Assembly: GCA_038245785.1 (NCBI GenBank)
Contig: JBBRSB010000007.1
Coordinates: forward strand, 87,338-151,337
DNA length: 64,000 nucleotides
Direction of reading: 5' to 3'
DNA from: Gloeobacterales cyanobacterium
GTDB taxonomy: Bacteria > Cyanobacteriota > Cyanobacteriia > Gloeobacterales > PMM-0068
This document shows positions 21,300-31,826 of the stretch, one piece after another (the stretch's first letter is position 1; the number at the start of each line of letters is the position of its first letter). The position numbers and the translations under genes are program-made. The notes under the pieces were generated by a model, which worked only from the letters and a program-made list of their open reading frames with translations, was not told the DNA's origin and did no database searches.

Positions 21300-23579
21300 A
21301 TGGCGGCAGAGCTGTCACTCATCCTTGATTTTGTAACCGTCTTGGGGACTGCTTCGGTTGGAGGCTATCTAGCCAACCGTCTTGGTCAGCCTGTGCTGTT
21401 GGGATATCTGCTCGGTGGAGTGGTGATTGGTCCTGCGGGTTTTGGTCTGCTCCACGATGGCAAGGAAATCCAGGTCCTTGCAGAAGTTGGAGTGGCGCTC
21501 CTGCTGTTTACCCTTGGGGTCGAATTTTCCATTAAGGAGCTGCTGAAAGTCCGCAAAATTGCCTTAGGGGGCGGCACCCTCCAGATTCTACTCACCATAC
21601 TTCTGGGCGGGGGACTGGCCTATGCGACAGGCTGGGCAGACACACTACCCAAGGCAATTTTCTTGGGGGCTGTCCTTTCTCTTTCTTCAACGGCGGTCGT
21701 TCTCAAAAGCTTGATTGAACGCAACGAAGTACAAACGGCTCATGGTCAGGCAATGCTGGCCATCCTCATCGCCCAAGATCTGGGATTGGGGCTCATGTTA
21801 GCGGTGCTTCCTGCTCTTACTCAGCCTCCAGAGGCCCTCGGTAGCGCTTTGCTATGGGCTGTGCTGAAAGCCACGCTCTTTATCGCTGGAGCCGTAGTCG
21901 TGGGCATATGGATGATTCCACCGCTGATGAAACGGATTGCCCAGACGGGTTCACAGGAATTATTTGTTCTTAGTGTCTTCGCACTCTGCCTGGGTGTGGC
22001 TGTGTTGACAGCATCGATCGGGTTAGGCATTGCGATGGGAGCCTTCGTTGCAGGATTGATGATCTCTGAGGTGGAATACGCGGATCAAGCCCTAGACCGC
22101 GTATTGCCGATGCGGGATATCTTTGCGGCGCTGTTCTTTGCTTCCATTGGCACTTTGATCGATCCAGCGTTTCTCTGGGCCAATATTCCTATCTTGCTCG
22201 GTCTGGTAACCATAGTCATGCTCGGCAAAGCTTTGATTGTGATTCCTCTCGTAGCCCTGTTTGGCTATCCGCTTAAGACAGCAATCATCGTCGGCCTGGG
22301 CATCAATCAAATGGGAGAATTCTCTTTTGTCTTGGCAAGCGTCGCCCAGAATTTAGGACTTTTTAGCGATAAGCTCTACGGCCTAACCGTGGGAACCACA
22401 GCCGTTACTTTAGTCATTACGCCCTTTTTACTCAAAACCTCTCCCTATATCTTTGATCGGCTCGAAGCCTTGCCCTTTATTGGCCCCTTCCTTAGCGCTA
22501 GTCAGACCCCTCAAACGGTTGGCATGGAGGAAGGGCTGTCTGGCCATGTGATCATCGCTGGCTATGGACGGGTCGGCCAGACACTTTTGCGGATGCTCCG
22601 CTCTCAAGGACATCACGTTCTAGTGATCGACAATAATGAGGCAACCGTGCAGGCTTTGCGGGGAGAACTGGGCATTCCCTATGTCTATGGCGATGCCTCT
22701 AGCGAATTAGTCTTGAAGAAAGCACAGGTGACCCGAGCGAAAGCCCTTGCCATCACCTTGCCTGATCCGATGGCAACCCGTTTGACCTTAAAACGCGCCC
22801 TTAGCCTTGCGCCAGAGCTAGATGTCACCGTACGCGCCCACAATGATTCTGAAATTGAGGCTTTGTATCAATTAGGGGCTTGGGAAGTCGTCCAACCTGA
22901 ATTTGAAGCATCCCTGGCCATGGGGACCCATATGCTCGTCAGCTTGGGGGGACAGACCCCTGAAGTGAGACAAGAGGTGGAGACGTGTCGTGCTGGGCAT
23001 TACCGCACTATTCTGCCAGCACGGCCAGACTTTGTAGTGGCCAATGACCTGGCGATTGCCGTAGAGGGTTTAGAAGGAGATTGGTTTACGCTGAAGCCAG
23101 ATAGCGCCTTGGTCGGACTTAGCTTGGCCCAAGCCGATATTCGCCGCTTGACTGGAGCAACGGTGATGCAGATCCAGCGAGAGCGTGAGATTAACCGTTT
23201 TCCTGATGCACAGACGATCCTGGCCCCTGGAGACCGATTGCTGGTCGTCGGTACCGATGTAGAAGATCGCGCCTTTCAAGCATTACTTACAGGTTCAGCG
23301 CAACCCAGCGCTGGACGGCCTGAACGCTGGGTTGAAATTCCAAAGGGTTCATCGGTGGAAGGGAAAAGTTTAGCTGACATAGACCTGCGCCAACGCCACG
23401 GAGTTATAGTCCAAGCCATTGAGAGGGAAGAACATATGTTCCGCTTCCCAGAGGCAGTGATGAAATTACGGGCTGGAGACCGTCTGAAAGTCTGTGGTCA
23501 AGCAGAAGCGCTTGAACAATGGGAGACAGAGTTGCAACAATTGTCTCCTAATGCACAAGGTTCTCCAGCCGATTCCTGA
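21300..23579 (+). CDS. CPA2 cation:proton antiporter with TrkA-N and two TrkA-C domains
   Basis: Many TM helices, LSSTAVV, QD motif, AGYGRVG Rossmann, two RCK-C repeats; AAAGGAG RBS. Confidence 0.93.
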   Translation: MAAELSLILDFVTVLGTASVGGYLANRLGQPVLLGYLLGGVVIGPAGFGLLHDGKEIQVLAEVGVALLLFTLGVEFSIKELLKVRKIALGGGTLQILLTILLGGGLAYATGWADTLPKAIFLGAVLSLSSTAVVLKSLIERNEVQTAHGQAMLAILIAQDLGLGLMLAVLPALTQPPEALGSALLWAVLKATLFIAGAVVVGIWMIPPLMKRIAQTGSQELFVLSVFALCLGVAVLTASIGLGIAMGAFVAGLMISEVEYADQALDRVLPMRDIFAALFFASIGTLIDPAFLWANIPILLGLVTIVMLGKALIVIPLVALFGYPLKTAIIVGLGINQMGEFSFVLASVAQNLGLFSDKLYGLTVGTTAVTLVITPFLLKTSPYIFDRLEALPFIGPFLSASQTPQTVGMEEGLSGHVIIAGYGRVGQTLLRMLRSQGHHVLVIDNNEATVQALRGELGIPYVYGDASSELVLKKAQVTRAKALAITLPDPMATRLTLKRALSLAPELDVTVRAHNDSEIEALYQLGAWEVVQPEFEASLAMGTHMLVSLGGQTPEVRQEVETCRAGHYRTILPARPDFVVANDLAIAVEGLEGDWFTLKPDSALVGLSLAQADIRRLTGATVMQIQREREINRFPDAQTILAPGDRLLVVGTDVEDRAFQALLTGSAQPSAGRPERWVEIPKGSSVEGKSLADIDLRQRHGVIVQAIEREEHMFRFPEAVMKLRAGDRLKVCGQAEALEQWETELQQLSPNAQGSPADS

Positions 23580-23660
23580 AGTTGGCAGGAAACACTTTGG
23601 TCCCAACTAGTATCTTGAGTAGGGTATAACTTATACGAATCTGCCAAAGACGGGATTGTC

Positions 23661-24143
23661 ATGGACCAAGTTCGCACTCCTAAACAGCAAGACCTGGGCT
23701 TTTCCCAAGCAGAGTTAATCCAGATGATTCATAGTCGGGACTGGAAACTTGAGGCTGTAGCATTTTCCCAAATTGTCCATCAAAAGCTTTGGCATCGGGC
23801 AGATTGGCAAGATAAGAAGGGAGAGCCTTTTGTCAGTTTTCCTCGCTTCTGTGCTGAATATCGATGGGCCACGAACACAGCCTATGACCGAGCCCATCTT
23901 GCACGCAATCCTCGTTTTGAAGTTATTCGAGAATTTGACATTACGATGTCCACCGCTCAGCGACTATATGCGGTCAGTGACCGTTTATTCGGAATCTTAG
24001 TACAGGCTTTGAAGCTGGAGCTACCGACTAGTGTAGTCCAGCAAATCCTCAGCCTTCCTAGTCCTACAGAAGCTAAGGCCAAAGTGATGGTTGAAGCACA
24101 AATTATAAAACTGCAGAAACTTTTACAACTTTTAGATACATAG
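23661..24143 (+). CDS. Hypothetical protein (possible HTH-like DNA-binding)
   Basis: 160-aa ATG ORF; TATAAC upstream; SFPRFCAEYRWATNTAY segment. Confidence 0.55.
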   Translation: MDQVRTPKQQDLGFSQAELIQMIHSRDWKLEAVAFSQIVHQKLWHRADWQDKKGEPFVSFPRFCAEYRWATNTAYDRAHLARNPRFEVIREFDITMSTAQRLYAVSDRLFGILVQALKLELPTSVVQQILSLPSPTEAKAKVMVEAQIIKLQKLLQLLDT

Positions 24144-24596
24144 AGCCTCTAGACCATTAGCTCTTGTGAACGTGTGGACTGGCTCCACGCTTCCATCCTG
24201 TAAAATACCCGTATCTAAACTGACAAATGAACCATCGTGCCACGCCATTTGTGCAAGCACAGCCCTATCTCCATCCCAGGCTTCTAAAACGGACCAAGAC
24301 TCTATAAAAGAATGCTGTTCAAACGAACAGGAACCAAATTCCATGCGTATATGTTGAATACTGAAAGCACTTGGCAAAACTATCTCATAGAGAGGTTGAA
24401 ACCATTGCTCTCGAGAGAGATTGGTAGCAGCTCCTTCACTAGAGAAAAGAAAGCTTTCTATAGATCCTTTACCCCATAAACCAAGGACTAACTGCTTTTC
24501 CAAAAAGCCTATATGTACTTGCTCCAAATAGAGCGGCATAGCTATAACTTCTGTCTCAGAATACATGCTTTTATCCATAAATTTTCGGCAAAACAA
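24132..24596 (-). CDS. Hypothetical protein (start uncertain)
   Basis: 154-aa ORF convergent with and overlapping the previous ORF by 12 bp. Confidence 0.4.
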   Translation of the reverse strand: MFCRKFMDKSMYSETEVIAMPLYLEQVHIGFLEKQLVLGLWGKGSIESFLFSSEGAATNLSREQWFQPLYEIVLPSAFSIQHIRMEFGSCSFEQHSFIESWSVLEAWDGDRAVLAQMAWHDGSFVSLDTGILQDGSVEPVHTFTRANGLEALCI

Positions 24597-24682
24597 GAAG
24601 TAAAACGTTGCTATCCAGTTACAAAACTGATTCTTAATGTGCCGACTAAAGTTCAGCTAAAGCTCCGTATATATTCGGTAAT

Positions 24683-24848
24683 TGTACTGGTGCTCTCCCC
24701 GAAGGCACACCAGTATACTTACAGAGAAGCTACCCGAATCTGATTTTCGGATTAGGGTGTTTGTTCCTTAACCAGGGATTAACGAACGGCTTCTGGGCTA
24801 TGACAATCGAGCATGGGAGATATGGGCCATTCCAGGCAATATCTCCCA
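24683..24848 (+). promoter_or_regulatory. Four consecutive stem-loops upstream of the multicopper oxidase
   Basis: Stems at about 24683-24717, 24731-24759, 24763-24787, 24814-24848. Confidence 0.45.
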
Positions 24849-24900
24849 GTAAAACTACTTAACTACTCCACGGTTCCTTCACTAAAAAGGGATTATTTTT

Positions 24901-26610
24901 ATGAAACTAATGCCTTTGCATTGGCTAATAGGTGTTGCTCTTATTACTGGATTCTTTGGACTATCTCTCCGAAAGGAGGCACTCGCTAAAGATCACCAGC
25001 ACATTTCTCGAAAGGAAAAGCTAGCGCAAGCGCAACCTGCAGGGCAAGCTTGCGCTCAAACAGCACCCGGCAGTATTGTCGAAGACCCAGTGGAGATCAA
25101 CATTGATAAAGGCACAGACATTACCGTCAACGCTGACCCCAATAATCCTGATCGAAACTGTTTCCTCTACAACGATAAAAAAGATGGTTTGCAGGAAGCA
25201 CCGACGCTCAGAGTCAAGCCAGGTCAAAGTATCAATCTAAACTTAAAAAACGCATTGCCTACACTAGCTGGACAAGTTCAGCCAAACAATAATCCCTGCC
25301 CCTGGGATGGAGGAATGCCTCCGCAAAATGCAACCAGCCTCCACTATCATGGACTGAACGTCTCGCCACAATGTGGACAGGATAATTCTGTTCAGACGGT
25401 GATCGTGCCAGGAAAGACGTTTAGCTACAACATCCCCATCCCCAAAGACGACCCTCCTGGGCTTTACTGGTATCATCCCCACGTTCACATGCAGGCTGAA
25501 AGTCAGGTTCTTAGTGGGCTAACAGGCAATATCATTGTTGAAGGCATTGGCAAGTTTAACAAGCAGGCGGATAAACTCCCGGAACGAGTTTTTGTGCTGC
25601 GCGATTTAAGGCCCCTACAGGATTTTTCTAACGAACCTGCACCCTTTGAACCACCTGCAAAAGACGTTTCGATCAACTCCGTCCCAATCCGCTATCTAGG
25701 CCAGGGGAAATATGATCCGCCTGCCGTTATTCAAATGAGACCTAATGAAGAACAGTTTTGGCGTGTAGCAAACACCTCGGCCGATAATATTCTGGATTTA
25801 CAGGTCACCTACGATGGCGCTGTTCAACAGATTAGCCTAGTTGGGATGGATGGCGTTCCTGTCAATGCAGATGTAGCTAAACCCGAAGGCCAAACATTGC
25901 CTGCCAACCACGTTTTACTTAGTCCTGGCGGTCGCGCTGAATTCATCATTAAGGGACCTGGATCGCAGGTCAAAGACGCCAAGTTTCTAACGCTGAAATA
26001 CGACACCAAGGCTGATGTTGATCCGCAGCGCACCATCGCCAAGATTGAGATGGTAGGTAAACCTGCGAAGAGTAAGGTTAAGCAAGCAGTTGACCTAGCT
26101 CAAGTCACAGGCGACCGTTTCTACGGATTGAATCAAGTCAGTCCAAACAACGCACGCACGCTCTTCTTCTCTCAGGAAGATTTTCCAGACCCGACGCCAA
26201 CCGATCCCGGTGCCACCAGAACAGAGTTTTACATGACGGAAGAGGGAAAAACGCCTCAGGTTTATATGATGGGCAAACCACCTGCCATCACTGTCAAGGA
26301 AGGAACCACAGAGGATTGGACCGTGGAGAATCGTGCTACAGAAGCCCATGTCTTCCATATTCATCAGATTCACTTTCTGGTTCTAGACAGCAGTCAACAA
26401 GCTTCCGATGTGGGGATGGTGCGCGATACGATCACGATTCCTGCTTGGAGCGGCAGTGGCCCCTACCCCAAGGCCAAACTGCGCATGGACTTTCGGGGAG
26501 AGGGCACAGGCAAGAAAACGACAAGTATTGCCGGGCTCTTCTTCTATCACTGTCACATCTTGGAGCATGAAGACGGAGGCATGATGCAAGAGATTGAAGT
26601 TAAGCGCTAA
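24901..26610 (+). CDS. Secreted three-domain multicopper oxidase
   Basis: Cu motifs HYHG, WYHPH, HVFHIH, HCHILEHEDGGMM; N-terminal signal peptide. Confidence 0.93.
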   Translation: MKLMPLHWLIGVALITGFFGLSLRKEALAKDHQHISRKEKLAQAQPAGQACAQTAPGSIVEDPVEINIDKGTDITVNADPNNPDRNCFLYNDKKDGLQEAPTLRVKPGQSINLNLKNALPTLAGQVQPNNNPCPWDGGMPPQNATSLHYHGLNVSPQCGQDNSVQTVIVPGKTFSYNIPIPKDDPPGLYWYHPHVHMQAESQVLSGLTGNIIVEGIGKFNKQADKLPERVFVLRDLRPLQDFSNEPAPFEPPAKDVSINSVPIRYLGQGKYDPPAVIQMRPNEEQFWRVANTSADNILDLQVTYDGAVQQISLVGMDGVPVNADVAKPEGQTLPANHVLLSPGGRAEFIIKGPGSQVKDAKFLTLKYDTKADVDPQRTIAKIEMVGKPAKSKVKQAVDLAQVTGDRFYGLNQVSPNNARTLFFSQEDFPDPTPTDPGATRTEFYMTEEGKTPQVYMMGKPPAITVKEGTTEDWTVENRATEAHVFHIHQIHFLVLDSSQQASDVGMVRDTITIPAWSGSGPYPKAKLRMDFRGEGTGKKTTSIAGLFFYHCHILEHEDGGMMQEIEVKR

Positions 26611-26801
26611 TTATCTCTAACGATTCATCCGCTGTGTACAGATTGCACCTTCTCTATGGGGGCTTTCCGTGTGCAGCGGCTATTTGATATTTGAGCCTAT
26701 AAACACTCTTGTGCCCTTAAATCCTAATTTCCATGAGCAACAGAGAGAGTAGGAAAAAGTGAGCTGAACTAAACTGATATAACCTGCACTGCGTACTCCC
26801 T

Positions 26802-27764
26802 ATGAGATCAGCTCCATTCCGCAGAAGACTAAAAGCATTCCGACGTCCTCCCTCTCCTGTACGCATTGTGAGCCAAAATGGACGCTTCGAGTTTAAGGGC
26901 ATAGGAACCTGGTATTCCTATTGGCGCGACCCTTATCATCTGCTGCTGACAGCTCCCTGGTTTATATTTCTAGTTCTGATAGCGCTGGCCTACATAGGGA
27001 TCAATACTCTATTTGCTTTGGCCTACTTAGCAGGTGGAGACAGCATCAACAACGCTCGTCCTGGCTCTTTTGCTGATGCTTTTTTCTTCAGTGTGCAAAC
27101 CTTTGCCTCGATTGGCTATGGGGCCATGACGCCCAAAACCTTCTATGCCAATATTTTGGTTTCTTTTGAGGCCTGGGTAGAGCTTTTGGGCCTTGCCGTG
27201 ATTACAGGACTCGCCTTTGCTCGCTTTTCTCGGCCCACTGCTCGCGTGCTCTTCAGCGAGGTGGCTGTGATTACTCCCTACGAAGGAATACCCACTTTGA
27301 TGTTCCGAGCCGCTAATCAGAGGCGCAATCAAGTTCTAGAAGCACAGATGCAGGTGTACTTTATGAGAGAAGTGATCAGTGCTGAAGGTCAAAGTCTCTA
27401 TCGTATTTTTGATTTGAATTTAGTACGCAGGCAAATACCGAATTTTAGGCTTACCTGGACCGTCATGCACCCCATTGATGAACAGAGTCCACTCTATGGG
27501 TCCACTTTAGAATCCCTAGCAGAAGCCAAGGCACAACTCGTCATCTCTTTGAGCGGCGTTGATGATGAGCTTTCCCAAACCATCTACGCTCGCCATACCT
27601 ATGGGGTGCAAAACATCTTAGAGAATCACCGCTTTGTAGACATTATTCATTACACCGAAGAGGGCGAACGCTACTTTGATTTCACCAAGTTTCATGATGT
27701 AGAACCAATCCCGGACAAGAAAAACCATGAGGAGTCGCAGACATCTTCTCCTATTACAAAGTGA
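26802..27764 (+). CDS. Inward-rectifier K+ channel (KirBac family)
   Basis: DPYHLLL, FFFSVQTFASIGYG filter, FARFSRP, WTVMHPIDEQSPL. Confidence 0.92.
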   Translation: MRSAPFRRRLKAFRRPPSPVRIVSQNGRFEFKGIGTWYSYWRDPYHLLLTAPWFIFLVLIALAYIGINTLFALAYLAGGDSINNARPGSFADAFFFSVQTFASIGYGAMTPKTFYANILVSFEAWVELLGLAVITGLAFARFSRPTARVLFSEVAVITPYEGIPTLMFRAANQRRNQVLEAQMQVYFMREVISAEGQSLYRIFDLNLVRRQIPNFRLTWTVMHPIDEQSPLYGSTLESLAEAKAQLVISLSGVDDELSQTIYARHTYGVQNILENHRFVDIIHYTEEGERYFDFTKFHDVEPIPDKKNHEESQTSSPITK

Positions 27765-27819
27765 GCCTAACCTAATACAGCCGTTTAGAATTGGTCGGTT
27801 GCAATAAACTTTACCATAG

Positions 27820-29046
27820 TCAGACAATGACCTTCTCGAGATGCTTTCGCACTTCACCATTACCAACGTAGTGTGTCAGCAAGCGGTAATCATGAAGTTC
27901 CTTTCGTACACGACCAGCAATAATCGCTGGATGAATTCCTAGTTCATGCGCAAGCTCAACTACCTCTGATGGCGTCGGTTTAGAGCAAATTGAGCTTTGG
28001 TTCCATATTTCAGAGGAAATTAAAACCTCTTGTGCCCATTGATCAGCCTCACATTCCTTATCGTCTAACTCAACGGTCTTTACATCTCTAAGACTAAGGT
28101 CATCAATAAAAATAGCTTCTGTATCCCCTTTCATGTGCAGCACAACATGCGCTAGTTCATGACATACACAGAACCAAAAATTGTCTAGTCTGTCATAACG
28201 AAGCGTTAGACCTATCACAGGAGTGCCATTCGGGAGCTTTAGGGCAGCACCGTCTAGATGGGTGCGTGGAAGGTGCTGCAGGTAAATAAGATATATACCC
28301 TTATTGGCGAGGTACTCCTTCGCAAGCTTTGGACCTTCCTTAGACCAACTCAGCTTCACTAAATTACGGGCAACATCCTTTGTGATAGAGCCTTCCTGAT
28401 AGACCACTGGTAAGGATGTCTCACGCGCTGTTGCAAAAAGCTGCCAACACCAAGCCTTTAGAGCATAGGGATCCATATTTGCGTTCTGTCGGGTTCCATC
28501 ATTTTTTCGATAAAGAATTGAAGGCAGGGCGTTGGAGCCTCCGGCCCTCTCAATCAGGTTACGTATAATTTCTTCTGCTCTATCTTTAAAGTCACGCCCT
28601 TTTTCAATCCATCCCAACTTGGCCATTGCGGCTAGAGGGAACTTCGACCAGTCTTCTTCGGATGTCTCAGGAAACGACGCTCCTTGCTGGCGCAAAAGCA
28701 CCTCTGCTGGTATTCCCAAATGTTCATTTAGAGCACGGATCATGTGCAGCGTTAAAGGACGTTTGCCTGACAGCACTTCTGAAACCTTGGCTCGGCTCCC
28801 CATAAAAGGAACTAAATCCCGTGGTGACAAGCCTGCTTGGTCCATACGGAAGCGGATCGCTTCAATCGGATCAGGCAAATCCATCGGGAAGTGCTGTTCC
28901 TCATACAGCTCCACCAGGGTTGCAAGAACTTCTAAGCTATCTGCTTCAGGGCTTCCTTTTTCTGCATCCATCAAAGACTCAATCCGCGCTAGCGCGGCGT
29001 TGTAGTCCTCTTCTGATCTGATTGGTTTTATAGCAGCGTTCATCAT
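27820..29046 (-). CDS. higA: HigA-like antitoxin: HTH fused to ImmA/IrrE metallopeptidase
   Basis: IRSEEDYNAALARIESLM, PDPIEAIRFRMDQ, SEVLSGKRPLT; DNFWFCVCHELAH, ECEADQWA. Confidence 0.9.
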   Translation of the reverse strand: MMNAAIKPIRSEEDYNAALARIESLMDAEKGSPEADSLEVLATLVELYEEQHFPMDLPDPIEAIRFRMDQAGLSPRDLVPFMGSRAKVSEVLSGKRPLTLHMIRALNEHLGIPAEVLLRQQGASFPETSEEDWSKFPLAAMAKLGWIEKGRDFKDRAEEIIRNLIERAGGSNALPSILYRKNDGTRQNANMDPYALKAWCWQLFATARETSLPVVYQEGSITKDVARNLVKLSWSKEGPKLAKEYLANKGIYLIYLQHLPRTHLDGAALKLPNGTPVIGLTLRYDRLDNFWFCVCHELAHVVLHMKGDTEAIFIDDLSLRDVKTVELDDKECEADQWAQEVLISSEIWNQSSICSKPTPSEVVELAHELGIHPAIIAGRVRKELHDYRLLTHYVGNGEVRKHLEKVIV

Positions 29047-29345
29047 ATTGTCTCCGGATCAATCTTGTCATACTGTTTGTGGGTGCCAATAAACCGGACG
29101 TAAATCACTTTGCCAGCAAAATTGATATGAACTACAAGCCGATACTTGTTACCTGAAATGTTGAATACTACCCGGCCGCCTTTCAAAATACTGGCACTGC
29201 GGTATTGCTCTTTTACCTCGGCAGGGCTAGACCACTGCGCTTTCTTTGCTTCTTGATACCAAGCCTCCAATGGGCCTTGGGCATCATGGTATTCTGGCTT
29301 GCTTTCCCAGAATTCGCGAAGCGTACTTCGCTTGATAATCCTCAC
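29043..29345 (-). CDS. higB: HigB toxin (mRNA interferase)
   Basis: MRIIKRSTLREFW, RVVFNISGNKYRLVV, RFIGTHKQYDKI; ATGA overlap with antitoxin. Confidence 0.92.
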   Translation of the reverse strand: MRIIKRSTLREFWESKPEYHDAQGPLEAWYQEAKKAQWSSPAEVKEQYRSASILKGGRVVFNISGNKYRLVVHINFAGKVIYVRFIGTHKQYDKIDPETI

Positions 29346-29407
29346 TTAGCACTCTGATAGGTGCTCATTGCAACAAGCCTTCACAACGCTCCCCAGACAA
29401 TAGCATA

Positions 29408-29438
29408 GCACTATGCTCCCAGAAAAGGAACATAGTGC
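29408..29438. promoter_or_regulatory. Inverted repeat upstream of higB (candidate HigA operator or glgC terminator)
   Basis: GCACTATGCTCC-N7-GGAACATAGTGC, 11/12 complementary arms. Confidence 0.5.
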
Positions 29439-29502
29439 TTCGTAAGCATATAGAGATCAGAGAAGCCCCTTACAACCGGACTCAGCACAGTAGCTACACC
29501 AA

Positions 29503-30801
29503 CTAAATCACCGTACCGTCAGCAATTACTCCATTTTTAGGAACGACAACGATGCCACTACGGATATAGAACGTGCCTTCAGCATCGCCCCCTTCTTCCA
29601 CTTGGTCTTTGTTGAGAATTTGGACCTGAGCGCCAATCCGAGCGTTTTTATCGATGATGGCTCCCTTGATATGCGAGTTCTCACCAATCCCTACAGCAGG
29701 CAGACCCGATGCTCGGCTCGTCTCTCGATCAGCGGCCCGCTCATAGAAATCAGCGCCCATCAGCAGGGCATCTTCAATCACAACCCCTTGACCAATTCGG
29801 GTCCGCACGCCTACTACAGAATGATGAATTCTTGCCTCTTTGATCAGGCATCCTTCAGAAATAATGGACTGAGATATCTGACTATTGAGAATTTTAGAAG
29901 GTGGTAGGAACCGGGGTCTAGTATAAATAGGCGCATCCTCCTCATAGAAGCTAAAGGGCGGATTTGGCTGGTCTGTTAAAGCCAGATTCGCTTCATAGAA
30001 AGAACGTACTGTTCCAATATCTTCCCAATAACCATCGAACAAATAAGCCTGAACATTGCAGCCGTTACTAATCGCTTTCGGCAGAATATCCTTGCCAAAG
30101 TCAGTCTGGCTTTCATCGCTTTCTAGCAATTGAATCATCGCCTCTTTACTGAAGACATAGATACCCATAGAAGCGATATAGGGCTTGCGGAGCGCAACTT
30201 CAGGATCCAATCCCAAAGTTGTTGTATCCACGCGAGCATCAATCAGCGCTTGCCCTTCTGGTTTTTCTACAAAAGATAAGACCTCACCCGCTGGACTTGT
30301 TTTGATCAAGCCAAAAGAAGAAGCATCCCGTTCCTCCATCGGCAGGACAGCGAGGGTAATGTCTGCTTTCTTTTCTCGGTGGTGCTCTACAAATTTGCTG
30401 TAGTCCATCCGGTAGAGATGGTCCCCCGAAAGAATCAAATACTCTGAGACATCAAACGAACGAAGCAGCCAGAGATACTGGCGTACAGCATCGGCGGTAC
30501 CTTGAAACCAGTTTGGATTTTCATCGGTTTGCTCTGCCGCAAGCACTTCAACAAATCCATCGGAAAACAAATCGAATGTATAGGTCTGAGAAATATGTCG
30601 ATTCAGAGAAACTGAATTGAACTGTGTCAAAACGTGAATTTTTTGAATACCAGAATTGATGCAATTGCTCACGGGGATATCAATCAAGCGATATTTCCCC
30701 CCTAAAGGCACCGCAGGCTTTGCTCTCCTCTTTGTTAAGGGATATAGCCGCGATCCCTTGCCACCGCCCAAAATGATAGCCAAAACCCGCTTCATCATCA
30801 T
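29503..30801 (-). CDS. glgC: Glucose-1-phosphate adenylyltransferase
   Basis: [48 protein letters not shown] before ATG 30801. Confidence 0.97.
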   Translation of the reverse strand: MMMKRVLAIILGGGKGSRLYPLTKRRAKPAVPLGGKYRLIDIPVSNCINSGIQKIHVLTQFNSVSLNRHISQTYTFDLFSDGFVEVLAAEQTDENPNWFQGTADAVRQYLWLLRSFDVSEYLILSGDHLYRMDYSKFVEHHREKKADITLAVLPMEERDASSFGLIKTSPAGEVLSFVEKPEGQALIDARVDTTTLGLDPEVALRKPYIASMGIYVFSKEAMIQLLESDESQTDFGKDILPKAISNGCNVQAYLFDGYWEDIGTVRSFYEANLALTDQPNPPFSFYEEDAPIYTRPRFLPPSKILNSQISQSIISEGCLIKEARIHHSVVGVRTRIGQGVVIEDALLMGADFYERAADRETSRASGLPAVGIGENSHIKGAIIDKNARIGAQVQILNKDQVEEGGDAEGTFYIRSGIVVVPKNGVIADGTVI

Positions 30802-31031
30802 GCGTCCTCTTTTTATTTCCTCTCCTATACAGCGTATGATGCCGCAATCCCAGACAGGGGGACCCCCGCAATCAAAATTAAGATATACCAATTTCGCTTC
30901 ACGGAGGATCAGAACCCTATCGGTAGCGGGGAAACAAATTTGCACAAAAGCCTGAATTCAGCTCTACACACTTGACAAAGCTGAATTATCTATAGATCAT
31001 ACATGTGTGAGGAATCTACATGTAGAGATTT

Positions 31032-31286
31032 ATGGCCCGTCCCCGTCAGTGCCCCTGTTGCCATCGTTCCCTTCAATCCATCGCTCAGTTGGATGATGGA
31101 CTAGTCCGCTGCGAATGGCACGGCCTTTTTCATTGGGAGCCTCGTTATCGTCGTCTGAGGCATTTAACCAGCCGCCAGGCATGGAACGTAGACATTACCG
31201 GACAAATCATCGCTCCTGGAGGATTCTCAAGGGGACTAGGGTCCAGAACAAAGTCTAAGCCAGTACAACTTCCAGACCTTCCCTAA
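31032..31286 (+). CDS. Small hypothetical protein with Zn-ribbon-like motif
   Basis: CPCC...CEWH. Confidence 0.5.
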   Translation: MARPRQCPCCHRSLQSIAQLDDGLVRCEWHGLFHWEPRYRRLRHLTSRQAWNVDITGQIIAPGGFSRGLGSRTKSKPVQLPDLP

Positions 31287-31295
31287 TTCACTTAA

Positions 31296-31826
31296 CTATT
31301 TAGAGGCTTTAGCAGCTCCTTGAACCTGCTTTAAGGTATCCAGAACTTCCTCGCTGTGACGGAAAGGATTGACTAGAACAAAGGTCTTGCGCAGCTTACC
31401 TTGAGGGTCAATCAGGAACGTGCTGCGCTGTCCACCCTCCGACTGATACTGCTTTGCTAGCGTTTCCTTTTGGTCAGAGACGAGCGGAAATTTTAAACCG
31501 ACCGTATTGCAAAACTTTTTGTGGGACTCGATAGAATCTGCACTAACGCCTAAAACCTGGGCATTCAGAGCTTGATACTTAGGCATGTCATTTTGGAATT
31601 TGCGCGCTTCGATAGTACATCCAGGCGTAAAGTTTGCTGGATAAAAATAGAGCACCAACCACTTTCCCCGAAAGTCCTCGATCCTGAGATTTTTTCCTTG
31701 ACTGCTGGGCAGGTCAAAACCAGGAGCCAGATGTCCTACCTCCAAATTAGCGGCAACTGCCGAAGGCACCGAAATACAAGCAGCTGTTAAAGACAAAGCT
31801 AGAGGCAAGAGCGCGCGACAAAGCAT
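31296..31826 (-). CDS. Peroxiredoxin BCP/PrxQ family with signal peptide
   Basis: LYFYPANFTPGCTIEA, GVSADSIESHKKFC, RSTFLIDPQG. Confidence 0.9.
   Translation of the reverse strand: MLCRALLPLALSLTAACISVPSAVAANLEVGHLAPGFDLPSSQGKNLRIEDFRGKWLVLYFYPANFTPGCTIEARKFQNDMPKYQALNAQVLGVSADSIESHKKFCNTVGLKFPLVSDQKETLAKQYQSEGGQRSTFLIDPQGKLRKTFVLVNPFRHSEEVLDTLKQVQGAAKASK

Noticed and set aside
27095..27125. SIGYG instead of TIGYG in the K+ channel filter
   Set aside because: I recall this variant in other cyanobacterial KirBac proteins, so it is not distinctive
28532..29005. 157-aa plus-strand ORF and similar short ORFs nested antisense to long genes
   Set aside because: Shadow ORFs opposite well-supported genes, with no motifs
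30802..30945. Long N-terminal extensions in the ORF track (glgC; likewise era, rfbC, prfC, panE)
   Set aside because: Downstream ATGs match family N-termini and RBS positions
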